Below are positions 16,957 through 26,008 of a DNA stretch of 48,772 nt, in pieces (position 1 is the stretch's first letter; every line of letters begins with the position of its first letter). The stretch lies in contig CAYTKL010000001.1 in the NCBI GenBank assembly GCA_964438305.1, positions 1 to 48,772 of the forward strand. The letters are read 5' to 3'. The notes beneath the pieces are model-generated. The model was not told the origin of the DNA and ran no database searches. It saw only the letters and a list, made by a program, of their open reading frames with translations. The position numbers were made by a program, and so were the translations under genes. This DNA comes from an uncultured Dehalococcoidales bacterium (lineage in GTDB: Bacteria > Chloroflexota > Dehalococcoidia > E44-bin15).

Positions 16957-18726
16957 CTATATGTCATCCTCTCTCCTCGTCATTACCGCTCTGCTGTACG
17001 CCCTTATGATATCATGCCTTCTCAGGCATCCCAACAGGCGGGTAGGGTCATCTCGGGAAACCACCGGGATCCGCCCGACATCCATGTCGGCGAACCTTCT
17101 CATTACCACTCGCACTCTCTCATCTGGATAGGCGGTAACCGGGTTCTTGGTGGCGATATCGCCCGCCGTGAACTCAGCCGCTCTCCCTTTCACCGCCTCT
17201 TCGACATCGCTCAGAGTGACCACGCCGAGGAGTCGGCCCTCCTCATTGACTACAGGGAAGCCGTGGTGTCCCGTCCTCTCGAATTCATTGAGCAGTTCAT
17301 TGACAGGCATCTCCGGTGACACCGTGGGGAAATCGCGGGTCATGGTGCCGCCAACGGTGACGTGCCGCAACGGGTCGAGCTCGCCCTCCATGATCTCAAC
17401 CCCCTCTCGCCGCACTCTCCCGGTGTAGATGGAGTCCCTGCTCAGGCGGTGCGCAATGAAGGTGCTGGTGACCACTGCCATTAGCAGAGGCAGAATGATG
17501 AGGTAGTCGCGGGTTATCTCGAACAGGATCAGAATTGCGGTGATCGGGGCGAACGAGCATGCGGCGAACACTGCACCCATGCCCACCAACCCGTACGCAC
17601 CCGCCTGAGGCGCAATTGTGGGGAACGCCGTGTGAATCCCCATACCGAAGGCTCCGCCTATCATGGCCCCCATGAATAGGGAAGGGGCAAAGGTGCCGCC
17701 GCGTCCGCCGCTGCCCAAGCTCAGTGAGGTGGCCACGATCTTGAGCAGGCACAGGGTGACGAGCGTTCCCGCTCCAAGGCCTCCCACGATTGCCAGTTCC
17801 GCCGCTTCGTACCCAACACCAAAGATGGAGGGGAAGAACAATCCAGTGACACCAACGGCGAGCCCACCGACAGCCGGCTTCAGCCACACCGGGAACCGCC
17901 ACCTGTTGAAGAGCCCCTCGCACATGAACTCGGCGCGAATGAATCCCACGGCCACGATGGCGGCAACGATGCCAAGAATGGCGTAGAACAGAATCTCCCA
18001 GCCGCTGAACCACGTGTAGCGGGGCACATGGGAGAAGATGGGCGTGTCACCAAAGAAGTCGCGGGCGACAAAGGACGCCGCCACCGAGCTGAGGCCCACG
18101 AGTATGAAGTTGCGGGCGGAGAAGCGGCGCAGGATCAATTCCTGTGCAAAGAAGATCCCTGCGATGGGGGCATTAAACGTGGCTGCAATACCGCCGGCGG
18201 CGCCACAGGCGACGAAAAGCTTGACCCAGTCCTCGGGAAGCTTGAGCCATTGCCCTACGGCAGACCCGATGGAAGAGCCGGCGTGCACCACCGGGCCGTG
18301 CAACCCCGCCGAGCCGCCGCTGCCGATGCAGACTGCTGAGGCCACTGTATGGACCACGGACGCCAACCGTCTCATGCGCCCGCCCCTTGCGTTGACCGCT
18401 ATTATGACTTCAGCGACCCCGTAGCCCTTGGCCCCGCGGGCGAGGAAGTGAACCAGCAGTCCCACGACGAGACCGCCCACGGCGGGAATGAGGATGACAT
18501 AGTACCGGTCCATGAAGCCCAGAGCTGTCTCCCCGCCGTCGAAGAAACCCCTCTGCAACCAGGCAATCATCCACTTGAACAGGACTGCCGCCATGCCGGC
18601 GGCAAGCCCTATAAGAATTGCGAGCAGTATGCCCCGGGCCAGGTCAGGGATTCGCAATCGGCTGGCGCTGATGCGCCACCGCAAAAGGCGCACCCTGGCC
18701 CTGAGGCGGAAACGTGACTTGCTCAA
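16957..18726 (-). CDS. ClC-family chloride channel/transporter with two C-terminal CBS domains (atypical selectivity-filter residues)
   Basis: 589 aa with roughly 10-12 hydrophobic segments. GGTFAPSLFMGA matches the ClC GxFxP block. GSGGSAGLHGPVVHAGSSIG aligns with the GREGP block but has His in place of the gating Glu. The C-terminus has two CBS-like repeats (HHGFPVVNEEGRLLGVVTLSDV and VGRIPVVSRDDPTRLLGCLRRHDI). Confidence 0.85.
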   Translation of the reverse strand: MSKSRFRLRARVRLLRWRISASRLRIPDLARGILLAILIGLAAGMAAVLFKWMIAWLQRGFFDGGETALGFMDRYYVILIPAVGGLVVGLLVHFLARGAKGYGVAEVIIAVNARGGRMRRLASVVHTVASAVCIGSGGSAGLHGPVVHAGSSIGSAVGQWLKLPEDWVKLFVACGAAGGIAATFNAPIAGIFFAQELILRRFSARNFILVGLSSVAASFVARDFFGDTPIFSHVPRYTWFSGWEILFYAILGIVAAIVAVGFIRAEFMCEGLFNRWRFPVWLKPAVGGLAVGVTGLFFPSIFGVGYEAAELAIVGGLGAGTLVTLCLLKIVATSLSLGSGGRGGTFAPSLFMGAMIGGAFGMGIHTAFPTIAPQAGAYGLVGMGAVFAACSFAPITAILILFEITRDYLIILPLLMAVVTSTFIAHRLSRDSIYTGRVRREGVEIMEGELDPLRHVTVGGTMTRDFPTVSPEMPVNELLNEFERTGHHGFPVVNEEGRLLGVVTLSDVEEAVKGRAAEFTAGDIATKNPVTAYPDERVRVVMRRFADMDVGRIPVVSRDDPTRLLGCLRRHDIIRAYSRAVMTRREDDI

Positions 18727-20372
18727 TTTCGGGCCAACTCCTCAATTACGCCAAGCACCTGCTCCTGGGGCACGTTATCCCTGAATACAGGCTGGCCGAC
18801 TCCCTCGAGAAGCACCCACCGCACAGCCTTCTCTCTCACTTTCTTGTCCAGTTCCATGGCCGTGGTGACACTCGCTGCATCGACGCCAGGGCAAGCGGTG
18901 GGCAGGCCAAACCTCTGCAGCAACGCTTTCTGTCGGGCAACAACATCCTGCGAGATAAGGTCCAACCGTTCGCTGAGCAGCGCCGCACCCATCATCCCGA
19001 TGGCGACCGCCTCGCCGTGCAGGAAATGCTCGTAACCCATCGCTGCCTCAAGACCGTGTCCAATGGTGTGTCCGTAGTTCAGGATCATGCGCTTGCCGCT
19101 CTCCCGCTCATCCTCGCTCACCACCATAGCCTTCAGCGAGCCGCTGCGCCTTAGCGCCTCGGTGGTCACGTCCGCCTCCAGGCCGGCAAGGCCATCTGCG
19201 TTGGCCTCCAGGAAAGCGAGGAAGTCGGGGTCAAGGGTCAGCGCATGCTTGATTACCTCGGCCCATCCGGAGACGAGCTCTCGCCGAGGGAGGGTGGAGA
19301 GTGTCACGGCATCGATTGCCACCAGGTGTGGTTGATAGAAAGCGCCTATGATGTTCTTCGCCCGTGGGTGGTTCACTGCGACCTTGCCGCCGATGGAGGA
19401 GTCGGCCATGGCAACCAGCGTGGTCGGCACGTGTACCAGAGGCAGTCCCCTCAAGAAGGTGGCGGCGACGAAGCCGGCGAGGTCCCCAACCATACCGCCG
19501 CCGAGGGCGACGATGGGGTGGGTCCTTTCGGTGCGGTGCTCCACCAGCCAATCGTAGATCAGGCTTGCGCTGTCGAGGCTCTTCGTCGTTTCCCCCGCCG
19601 GGACAACAAGAGACTCGGCAGAGAAGCCAGCCTCTTTAAGAGCTTCGGTGACGTGATTGCCGTAGTACGGAAACACGTTTTCGTCGCTGATCACGGCGGC
19701 ATGCTTGCTGAGCCCGGTCTGAGCCATCTGCCGTCCGAGATTGGCGAGTGTTCCCCAGCCAACGAAGACGGGGTACACCTGCGACGAAGTGGCTACGACA
19801 GAGGAGGCTCCTTCGAAGCAGGCGGGGTCGCTATTGCGGGCGCTCACCTGTTTGAAGCCGTCTATGACTCGGTCGACAACATGGTCCAGGGTCAGATTGT
19901 CGGTGCACACAGACCAGTCGGCCACGTCGTAGAAAGGTTGGCGCGCCGCTTTCAAGGACCTGATGTGCTCGAGGGGGTTCTCAACGGCGAGGAGGGGCCG
20001 CACCGTCTGGTATGCCTCCTGAGCGGCCATGAGACGCTTGTGGATGGTCTCCGGTGCCGCCTCAAGACAAACCACCACCCCGCAGCGGGAGAAGAGTTCG
20101 CGGTTACGCGGGTCGACAACCGCCCCGCCGCCGGTGGCGACAACCTGGTCTTCTTTCTCACAGATGCTGGCGAGTACCTGGCGCTCGAGCGCTCGGAATC
20201 GCCGCTCACCGTCCTCGGCGAAGATTTCGGGGATGCCCTTGCCAGCAAGGGCGACAATCTCGTCGTCACTGTCGGCGAAACGCCAGCCCAGGCGCTGCGC
20301 CACTTCCCGTCCCACTGCCGATTTGCCGGTGAAAGAGAAGCCGGTCAGTATTATGTTGGCCTTTTCAGACAT
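18723..20372 (-). CDS. aroKB: Bifunctional shikimate kinase / 3-dehydroquinate synthase (AroK-AroB fusion)
   Basis: Trimmed to the ATG at 20372. The N-terminus NIILTGFSFTGKSAVGREVAQRLGWRFADSDDEI has a Walker A of AroK type. The C-terminal ~360 aa has AroB blocks (LGGGMVGDLAGFVAATFLRGLPLVHVPTTLVAMADSSIGGKVAVN, NYGHTIGHGLE). 8-nt overlap with aroC and 4-nt overlap with the ClC gene. Confidence 0.9.
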   Translation of the reverse strand: MSEKANIILTGFSFTGKSAVGREVAQRLGWRFADSDDEIVALAGKGIPEIFAEDGERRFRALERQVLASICEKEDQVVATGGGAVVDPRNRELFSRCGVVVCLEAAPETIHKRLMAAQEAYQTVRPLLAVENPLEHIRSLKAARQPFYDVADWSVCTDNLTLDHVVDRVIDGFKQVSARNSDPACFEGASSVVATSSQVYPVFVGWGTLANLGRQMAQTGLSKHAAVISDENVFPYYGNHVTEALKEAGFSAESLVVPAGETTKSLDSASLIYDWLVEHRTERTHPIVALGGGMVGDLAGFVAATFLRGLPLVHVPTTLVAMADSSIGGKVAVNHPRAKNIIGAFYQPHLVAIDAVTLSTLPRRELVSGWAEVIKHALTLDPDFLAFLEANADGLAGLEADVTTEALRRSGSLKAMVVSEDERESGKRMILNYGHTIGHGLEAAMGYEHFLHGEAVAIGMMGAALLSERLDLISQDVVARQKALLQRFGLPTACPGVDAASVTTAMELDKKVREKAVRWVLLEGVGQPVFRDNVPQEQVLGVIEELARN

Positions 20373-21534
20373 CGCCAGACTGCTTCCCTGTCGTCTCGAG
20401 ATAGCCCTGGCAATTTCGCAATGTCTCCCTGATGTGGTCGCCGCCAAACTTCTCCAGGACGGCGTCAGCGAGGACGATGGCCACCATCGCCTCTCCAATC
20501 ACCCCTGCCGCGGGAACAACACAGGCGTCGGCGCGCTCCACGTGAGCTTGAACCGTCTCACCGGTCTTCAGGTCTGCCGATGGCAACGGTTTGCCCAGGG
20601 TGGGAATGGGCTTGACCACCGCATTCGCCACAATGGGCTCGCCGTTGGTCATGCCGCCCTCGACGCCGCCCGCGCGATTGGAGGTATGGCGCCATTGCCT
20701 TTCAGCGCTGTCATACTGGATTATGTCATGTGCCTGTGAGCCCCTCAGGTTCGCCAGTGAGAAACCGGCGCCGATCTCCACACCCTTGACGGCGTTGATG
20801 CTCATCAGCGCGCCGGCGACTTTGCCATCGAGCCTTCTGTCCCACTGGACGTGGCTCCCCAAGCCGATGGGCACGCCGCTGGCGACCACCTGAAAGACGC
20901 CCCCCACGCTGTCGCCGGCCTCCTTGGCCTCGTCTATGGCGGCCATCATCTTCCTCTCCGCTTCACTGTCGCCACATCGCACTGGAGACTCCTCGACCTG
21001 CTCCCAATCGACATTCTGGCTGTCTTTGGTATCAGCCCATACGCCGCCGATGGCAACGGTGTGGCTGCGAATCTCGACGCCAAACTCCTCGAGGAGCCTT
21101 CTGGCCACCGCCCCAACGGCGACCCTGGCGGCCGTCTCTCTGGCGCTGGCACGCTCCAGGATGGGGCGCACGTCCTTCTGACCGTACTTCACAGTCCCCG
21201 GCAGGTCAGCGTGGCCCGGGCGCAAACGGGTTACCGGCTCGATTGCCTTCTCCGCAGCGGCAATGGCCATGACGTCCCGCCAGTTCTCCCAGTCACGGTT
21301 CCACAGCAGAAGCGATATCGGGCTGCCCATGGTGAGGCCGTGGCGCACTCCGGAGAGGACCTCCGCCCGGTCCTGCTCGATCTTCATGCGACCGCCGCGG
21401 CCGTATCCCCCCTGACGGCGCTTCAGGTCACGGGCGATGTAGTCCTCGTCGAGAGGGATCCCTGCCGGTACGCCCTCTATGACGGCAGTCAACGCTCTGC
21501 CGTGCGATTCGCCCGCCGTCAGGAAGCGGAACAT
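20365..21534 (-). CDS. aroC: Chorismate synthase
   Basis: MFRFLTAGESHGRALTAVIEGVPAGI, RRQGGYGRGGRMKIE, RPGHADL and ERASARETAARVA. Confidence 0.95.
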   Translation of the reverse strand: MFRFLTAGESHGRALTAVIEGVPAGIPLDEDYIARDLKRRQGGYGRGGRMKIEQDRAEVLSGVRHGLTMGSPISLLLWNRDWENWRDVMAIAAAEKAIEPVTRLRPGHADLPGTVKYGQKDVRPILERASARETAARVAVGAVARRLLEEFGVEIRSHTVAIGGVWADTKDSQNVDWEQVEESPVRCGDSEAERKMMAAIDEAKEAGDSVGGVFQVVASGVPIGLGSHVQWDRRLDGKVAGALMSINAVKGVEIGAGFSLANLRGSQAHDIIQYDSAERQWRHTSNRAGGVEGGMTNGEPIVANAVVKPIPTLGKPLPSADLKTGETVQAHVERADACVVPAAGVIGEAMVAIVLADAVLEKFGGDHIRETLRNCQGYLETTGKQSGDV

Positions 21535-21571
21535 GTGATTGCCTCCTCTGGAGCCTCGCGAGCGGCCAGGA

Positions 21572-22414
21572 CTACAGGGCCTCTCGCGCCGCCTCGAACA
21601 TTATGTCAACTGGAGCTTCTTCGCCGGTCCACAGCTTGAAAGCGAGGGCTCCCTGATAGACCAGCATGGCCAGGCCGGCGAGGGTGCGCGCACCCGCCTT
21701 CTTTGCCTCTGCCAGGAGAGGTGTTTGCATGGGATTGTACACCACGTCGTACACCAGGACTTCCTTCGGGATGAGCGCCGCCTCAAGCGGCGACTGGGCC
21801 TCCGTGGGGCTATGCTTCATGCCCATCGAGGTGCAGTTGACGACGAGGTCGCAGTCCGACAGCACCCGTTGCAGGGTATCCCTTCCCCACGGCAGGGCCT
21901 TGAGATCGAGTTTGAACCGCCTCAAGTCGAGGATGAGGTCCTCAGTTCGCTCGAAGGTCCGGTTGAGAATGACCAGAGCGCTCACCCCTGCTCTTGCCAG
22001 GCCGAAGCTTATTCCCCGTGCCGCTCCCCCAGCGCCGAGGAGCACCACTCGCTTTCCCTCCGGCTCGAAGCTCCCCTCCTTGCGCAGCGCCTGGAGAAAG
22101 CCATCAACGTCGGTGTTGTAGCCCATGAGCCCGCCGCCTTCCTTGACTATGGTGTTGACCGCGTTTATCTCAAGAGCCTGACCGTGGAGGCGGTCGAGCA
22201 TGGGCACCATGACCTCTTTGAAGGGGACGGTGACGTTCGCTCCAAGGGCGGAAGCCCCGCGAAGTCTGGCGAGGACCTCCCTGAGCTGGGTCGGGTCCGT
22301 GTCCCACGTCTTGTAGCGAATGTCAAGCTTGCAGTGGTCAAAGGCGGCCTGCTGCATGGCAGGAGACACAGAGTGTGCCAGGGAATGTCCAATGAGCCCG
22401 ACGTACTTCGTCAT
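21572..22414 (-). CDS. aroE: Shikimate dehydrogenase
   Basis: GLIGHSLAHSVSPAMQQAAF, GANVTVPFKE, NTIV...GYNTD and LLGAGGAARG. Confidence 0.9.
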   Translation of the reverse strand: MTKYVGLIGHSLAHSVSPAMQQAAFDHCKLDIRYKTWDTDPTQLREVLARLRGASALGANVTVPFKEVMVPMLDRLHGQALEINAVNTIVKEGGGLMGYNTDVDGFLQALRKEGSFEPEGKRVVLLGAGGAARGISFGLARAGVSALVILNRTFERTEDLILDLRRFKLDLKALPWGRDTLQRVLSDCDLVVNCTSMGMKHSPTEAQSPLEAALIPKEVLVYDVVYNPMQTPLLAEAKKAGARTLAGLAMLVYQGALAFKLWTGEEAPVDIMFEAAREAL

Positions 22415-22418
22415 AAAC

Positions 22419-22841
22419 CTACTCCTTGCTATTTGTCCTGTGGTCCAGGTAACCCTGGAGGGTGATTGCCGCCGCCATGGCGTCGCGCCGTCCTTTTCGC
22501 CGCTGCTGCTTCACGCCCGCATCGGACAACAGGCTGTCGGCGGCGACACTGGTGAAACGCTCGTCCCATGTGTCCACAGTGATGCCGGCGTATTCCGAGA
22601 GAGCCCTGGTGAAGGCGAGAACCTCCTCCGCCTGCGGGCCAATGCTGCCGTTCAGAGAGCGGGGAAGCCCAACCACGATGCGCTCTGCGCCGTACTCCTC
22701 AGTCAGGGCGAGGATCTTGTCCAGGTCAGCCTTCTCATCGCTTCGCTCAATGACACTGAGCGGCACCGCAAGGCGCGCCTCGCCGCTGGCCAGAGCCACC
22801 CCTATCCTCTTCTCTCCGTAGTCAAGTCCGAGTATTGCCAT
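22419..22841 (-). CDS. ruvX: YqgF/RuvX-family putative pre-16S rRNA nuclease (Holliday junction resolvase-like)
   Basis: MAILGLDYGEKRIGVALASGEARLAVPL, VVGLPRSLNGSIGPQAEEV and DERFTSV. 20-nt overlap with the alaS 3' end. Confidence 0.9.
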   Translation of the reverse strand: MAILGLDYGEKRIGVALASGEARLAVPLSVIERSDEKADLDKILALTEEYGAERIVVGLPRSLNGSIGPQAEEVLAFTRALSEYAGITVDTWDERFTSVAADSLLSDAGVKQQRRKGRRDAMAAAITLQGYLDHRTNSKE

Positions 22842-25788
22842 GCTCGCGCACCAGGTCTGCTGTCAGCTTCAGGGCATCATCGAGCTTGCCCGCATCCTTG
22901 CCACCGGCCTGTCCGGTCTCAGCCTTGCCACCGCCACCGCCGCCGGCGACAGCGGCGACTCGCTTCACGATATCTCCGGCGTGGAGACCCCTTCTCACCA
23001 GGTCAGGAGTGAGCATGGCGACGAAGTTGGCGCGACCGTTGTAGTCCGCCCCCAGCACCACCACCGCGCTGCTCAGCCGCTCCTTGACCGCGTCTCCGAT
23101 CTGACGCAGGCCCTCGACGTCCGATGCGGGCACCCTTGCCGCCAGCACAGTGATACCATCCACCGACTCCGCTTTGCTGAGCAGTGAATCCAGGTCGCTG
23201 GTCAGCAGTCGCCGCTCTAGTTCCACGGCCTTCTTTCGCTGAGCGTCCATCTCCTGCTGCAGGCTCGCGATGCGGCTTTCGACCTCGGCCACCGGTGCCT
23301 TCAGGTCCTCCGCGACATGCTCCATGATGGCAAAGCGTTTCTCGATGAACTCCTCGGCGCCCCTGCCGGTGACTGCCTCAATGCGGCGCAGCCCCGCTCC
23401 GATGCTGCTCTCACCCACAATCTGGAAATAACCGATGTCGCCGGTTCGCTTTACGTGGGTACCCCCGCACAGCTCCATGCTGATGGGTGGCCTCCCGATC
23501 ACCAGCACCCGCACCTCATCGCCATACTTCTCCTCGAAGAAAGCCAGGGCACCCGCCTCTCGAGCTTGTTGATAGGACATTGTCCTGTCCCGAACCGCCA
23601 GGTTCTGGCGTATCCTTTCATTGACCGTGCGCTGCACCTGTGATAGCTGCTCTCTGGTCAGCGCGGCCGGACTACTGAAGTCAAAGGTCAGATGGTGCGG
23701 CGCTACCACGGAGCCCGACTGGCGGACGTGCTCGCCGAGGACCTGACGGAGCGCCGCTTGGAGGAGGTGGGTTGCGGTGTGATTGCGAGCGATGTCAAGG
23801 CGGCGCTGCTTGTCCACAGTAGCCGTGACAGTGTCATTGACTGAGATGCTACCCTCGACTACCTTGCCGTGGTGGACTATAAGCTCCCTGCCACTCACTG
23901 TATGCCTGACGGTATCACTGACTTCAATTCTTCCTTTCCTACCACGGATCTCTCCGGTGTCCCCCGCTTGGCCGCCCATCTCCCCGTAGAATGGCGTCTC
24001 CTCCAGTATTACCTCCACGTCCTGTTCCTCGTCTGCCTTGGCTACCGGCGTGCCGTCGACTATCACAGTGAGGATACTCGATTTGGATTCCATCCTGTCG
24101 TAGCCGACAAACTCGGTCTTGTGGTGCTGATGCACGTCAAGTGCTCCACTTATGTCAACAGCACCCTCCCCTACCGCTACTCTTTGTGCTGCCCTGGCCC
24201 TTTCACGCTGTCGCTGCATCTCGGCCTCGAAGCCATCCAGGTCCAGGGTCAGTCCGTTCTCGGCAGCGATCTCAGCAGTGATCTCCTTGGGGAAGCCATA
24301 GGTGTCATACAGGACAAACGTTTCGAATCCCGATATCTGGACTGCCACTTCGTGAACCGCCGCCTCTGCTTGCCTGAACTGCTCGGCTAGGTCGTTCTTG
24401 AGTTGGTCGAAAGCTCCAGGTCGGCTTCCCTGGTAGTTCGTTACAAGCCGATGCAAATCGCCAAGAGCTGCTTGGGCAGGCTCCACAGCCTCCGCAATCG
24501 CATCCCTTCCCCCAACTCCCAATACGTGCCACCATCCGGGGCAGTCTCTAAGGAAGTCCTCGACCGCTTTCCTCACAGCGTCTCTCAAGGCCGGGTAGTC
24601 ACGCCCTGAGGTTGCGTCCCTGAAGGCTGATTCGAAGCGGGGGAGGTACTGCAGCAACTCCCTCCTCAACTGTACGATCGTGTGTTCAAGTATCCCTATC
24701 CCAACGTCTATTGTCTGGTCGAATCTGGACTCCTCCGCATCGATTGTGCTGAGGATGAACTGGCGCTCGCTCTTGAGCTCGGGGTAGTGATGCTGCATGT
24801 GGGAAATGGTGACGCGTGCCAGCTCGCTGAGGAACGGCTCGTGGAGGCCCAGCTTCCTGCCGAAGAGGACTGCTCGCCGCAGCACACGCCGCAGCACGTA
24901 TCCTCGGCCCTCGTTCGAGGGCATTACCCCGTCGGCCAGGAGGAAGGTGATAGCCCTGGCATGCTCCGCCATGATTCTCAACGCCCGGTCGGTGGGCTCA
25001 TCCTCCCCGTATTTCCTGTGCGCCAGTCTCTCAGCGCAGCCCATTATGGGGATGAACAGGTCGGTCTCGTAGACGGTCGCCTTGCCCTGCATCGCCGCCG
25101 CGGTACGCTCCAGTCCCATCCCCGTGTCGATATTGGGCTTGGGCAGGGGGATTCTCGTTCCATCTTCCTGCTGGTCGTATTGAGTGAAAACCAGATTCCA
25201 GATCTCGCTGAAGCGGCCGCACTCGCAGTTCGGACCGCACTGGGCCCTGCCGCAGCCAACGGCCTCGCCAAGGTCATAGTGGATCTCGCTGCACGGCCCG
25301 CAGGGACCGGTGTCGCCAGCCGGGCCCCAGAAGTTGTCCTCTTCGCCGAAGCGCCAGATCCTGTCCTCGGGAACGCCGAGGTCGCGCCAGCATCGGAAAG
25401 CCTCATCGTCATCGAAGAAGATGGTTATCCACAGGCGCTCAACCGGCAGCTCCAGTGTTCGGGTAACGAACTCCCAGGCCCAATCGATGGACTCCTGCTT
25501 GAAGTAGTCGCCGACGCTGAAGTTGCCCAGCATCTCGAAGAAGGTGAGGTGTCTTGAATCACCAACCTCGTCGACGTCGGTAACGCGAAAGCACTTCTGA
25601 CATGAAGCCAGCCGGGGTGATGGTGGTGTTGCCTCGCCAGTGAAATACGGCTTGAACTGCACCATGCCGGCACTGGTCAGAAGCAGCGTGGGGTCTCCCA
25701 AGGGTATGAGAGAGGAACTGGGGACAATCCCGTGGCCTTTCTGTTCAAAGAACCGCAGGAAGGTATGACGAATCTGGTCGCTGTTCAT
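22822..25788 (-). CDS. alaS: Alanine--tRNA ligase, with an extra ~100-aa segment before the YDTYGFP block
   Basis: Trimmed to the ATG at 25788 (MNSDQIRHTFLRFFEQKGH). FFEMLGNFSVGDYFK, NIDTGMGLERTAAAMQG, LYDTYGFP, the editing-domain HTATHLL, CGGTHV and the C-terminal GGGGGKAETGQAGG are present. At 988 aa it is about 100 aa longer than typical bacterial AlaRS. Confidence 0.95.
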   Translation of the reverse strand: MNSDQIRHTFLRFFEQKGHGIVPSSSLIPLGDPTLLLTSAGMVQFKPYFTGEATPPSPRLASCQKCFRVTDVDEVGDSRHLTFFEMLGNFSVGDYFKQESIDWAWEFVTRTLELPVERLWITIFFDDDEAFRCWRDLGVPEDRIWRFGEEDNFWGPAGDTGPCGPCSEIHYDLGEAVGCGRAQCGPNCECGRFSEIWNLVFTQYDQQEDGTRIPLPKPNIDTGMGLERTAAAMQGKATVYETDLFIPIMGCAERLAHRKYGEDEPTDRALRIMAEHARAITFLLADGVMPSNEGRGYVLRRVLRRAVLFGRKLGLHEPFLSELARVTISHMQHHYPELKSERQFILSTIDAEESRFDQTIDVGIGILEHTIVQLRRELLQYLPRFESAFRDATSGRDYPALRDAVRKAVEDFLRDCPGWWHVLGVGGRDAIAEAVEPAQAALGDLHRLVTNYQGSRPGAFDQLKNDLAEQFRQAEAAVHEVAVQISGFETFVLYDTYGFPKEITAEIAAENGLTLDLDGFEAEMQRQRERARAAQRVAVGEGAVDISGALDVHQHHKTEFVGYDRMESKSSILTVIVDGTPVAKADEEQDVEVILEETPFYGEMGGQAGDTGEIRGRKGRIEVSDTVRHTVSGRELIVHHGKVVEGSISVNDTVTATVDKQRRLDIARNHTATHLLQAALRQVLGEHVRQSGSVVAPHHLTFDFSSPAALTREQLSQVQRTVNERIRQNLAVRDRTMSYQQAREAGALAFFEEKYGDEVRVLVIGRPPISMELCGGTHVKRTGDIGYFQIVGESSIGAGLRRIEAVTGRGAEEFIEKRFAIMEHVAEDLKAPVAEVESRIASLQQEMDAQRKKAVELERRLLTSDLDSLLSKAESVDGITVLAARVPASDVEGLRQIGDAVKERLSSAVVVLGADYNGRANFVAMLTPDLVRRGLHAGDIVKRVAAVAGGGGGGKAETGQAGGKDAGKLDDALKLTADLVREHGNTRT

Positions 25789-25898
25789 GTCTACCTGATT
25801 GTATTGTAAGCGTGAATGCCGTGTCAACGAACGAGGCGTTTGCCCGAATATCCGCTGAGAAGGTTCTGGGGAAGGCAGACTCCTAAGCGAGCATGGGC

Positions 25899-25927
25899 TT
25901 GACAGCGAGGGTTTTATGTGTTAGGTT
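25899..25927 (+). promoter_or_regulatory. Candidate sigma70 promoter for otsA (TTGACA-17-TAGGTT)
   Basis: TTGACA at 25899..25904, 17-nt spacer, TAGGTT at 25922..25927, about 80 nt upstream of the otsA ATG. The -10 element is weak. Confidence 0.3.
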
Positions 25928-26008
25928 CAACTGTCTCTTTTTGAAGCTTCTTATCATTCGTTCATCAGAATCGGACCCTAAATAAAGCGACAAAACTGCG
26001 GAGATGTT

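Noticed and set aside
10878-20432. Antisense ORFs within the mutase, ClC and aroKB genes, for example 10878..11666 minus (262 aa), 17396..18013 minus (205 aa) and 19245..20432 plus (395 aa).
   Set aside because: They lie opposite or out of frame to confidently identified genes and have no motifs. They are GC-rich shadow ORFs.
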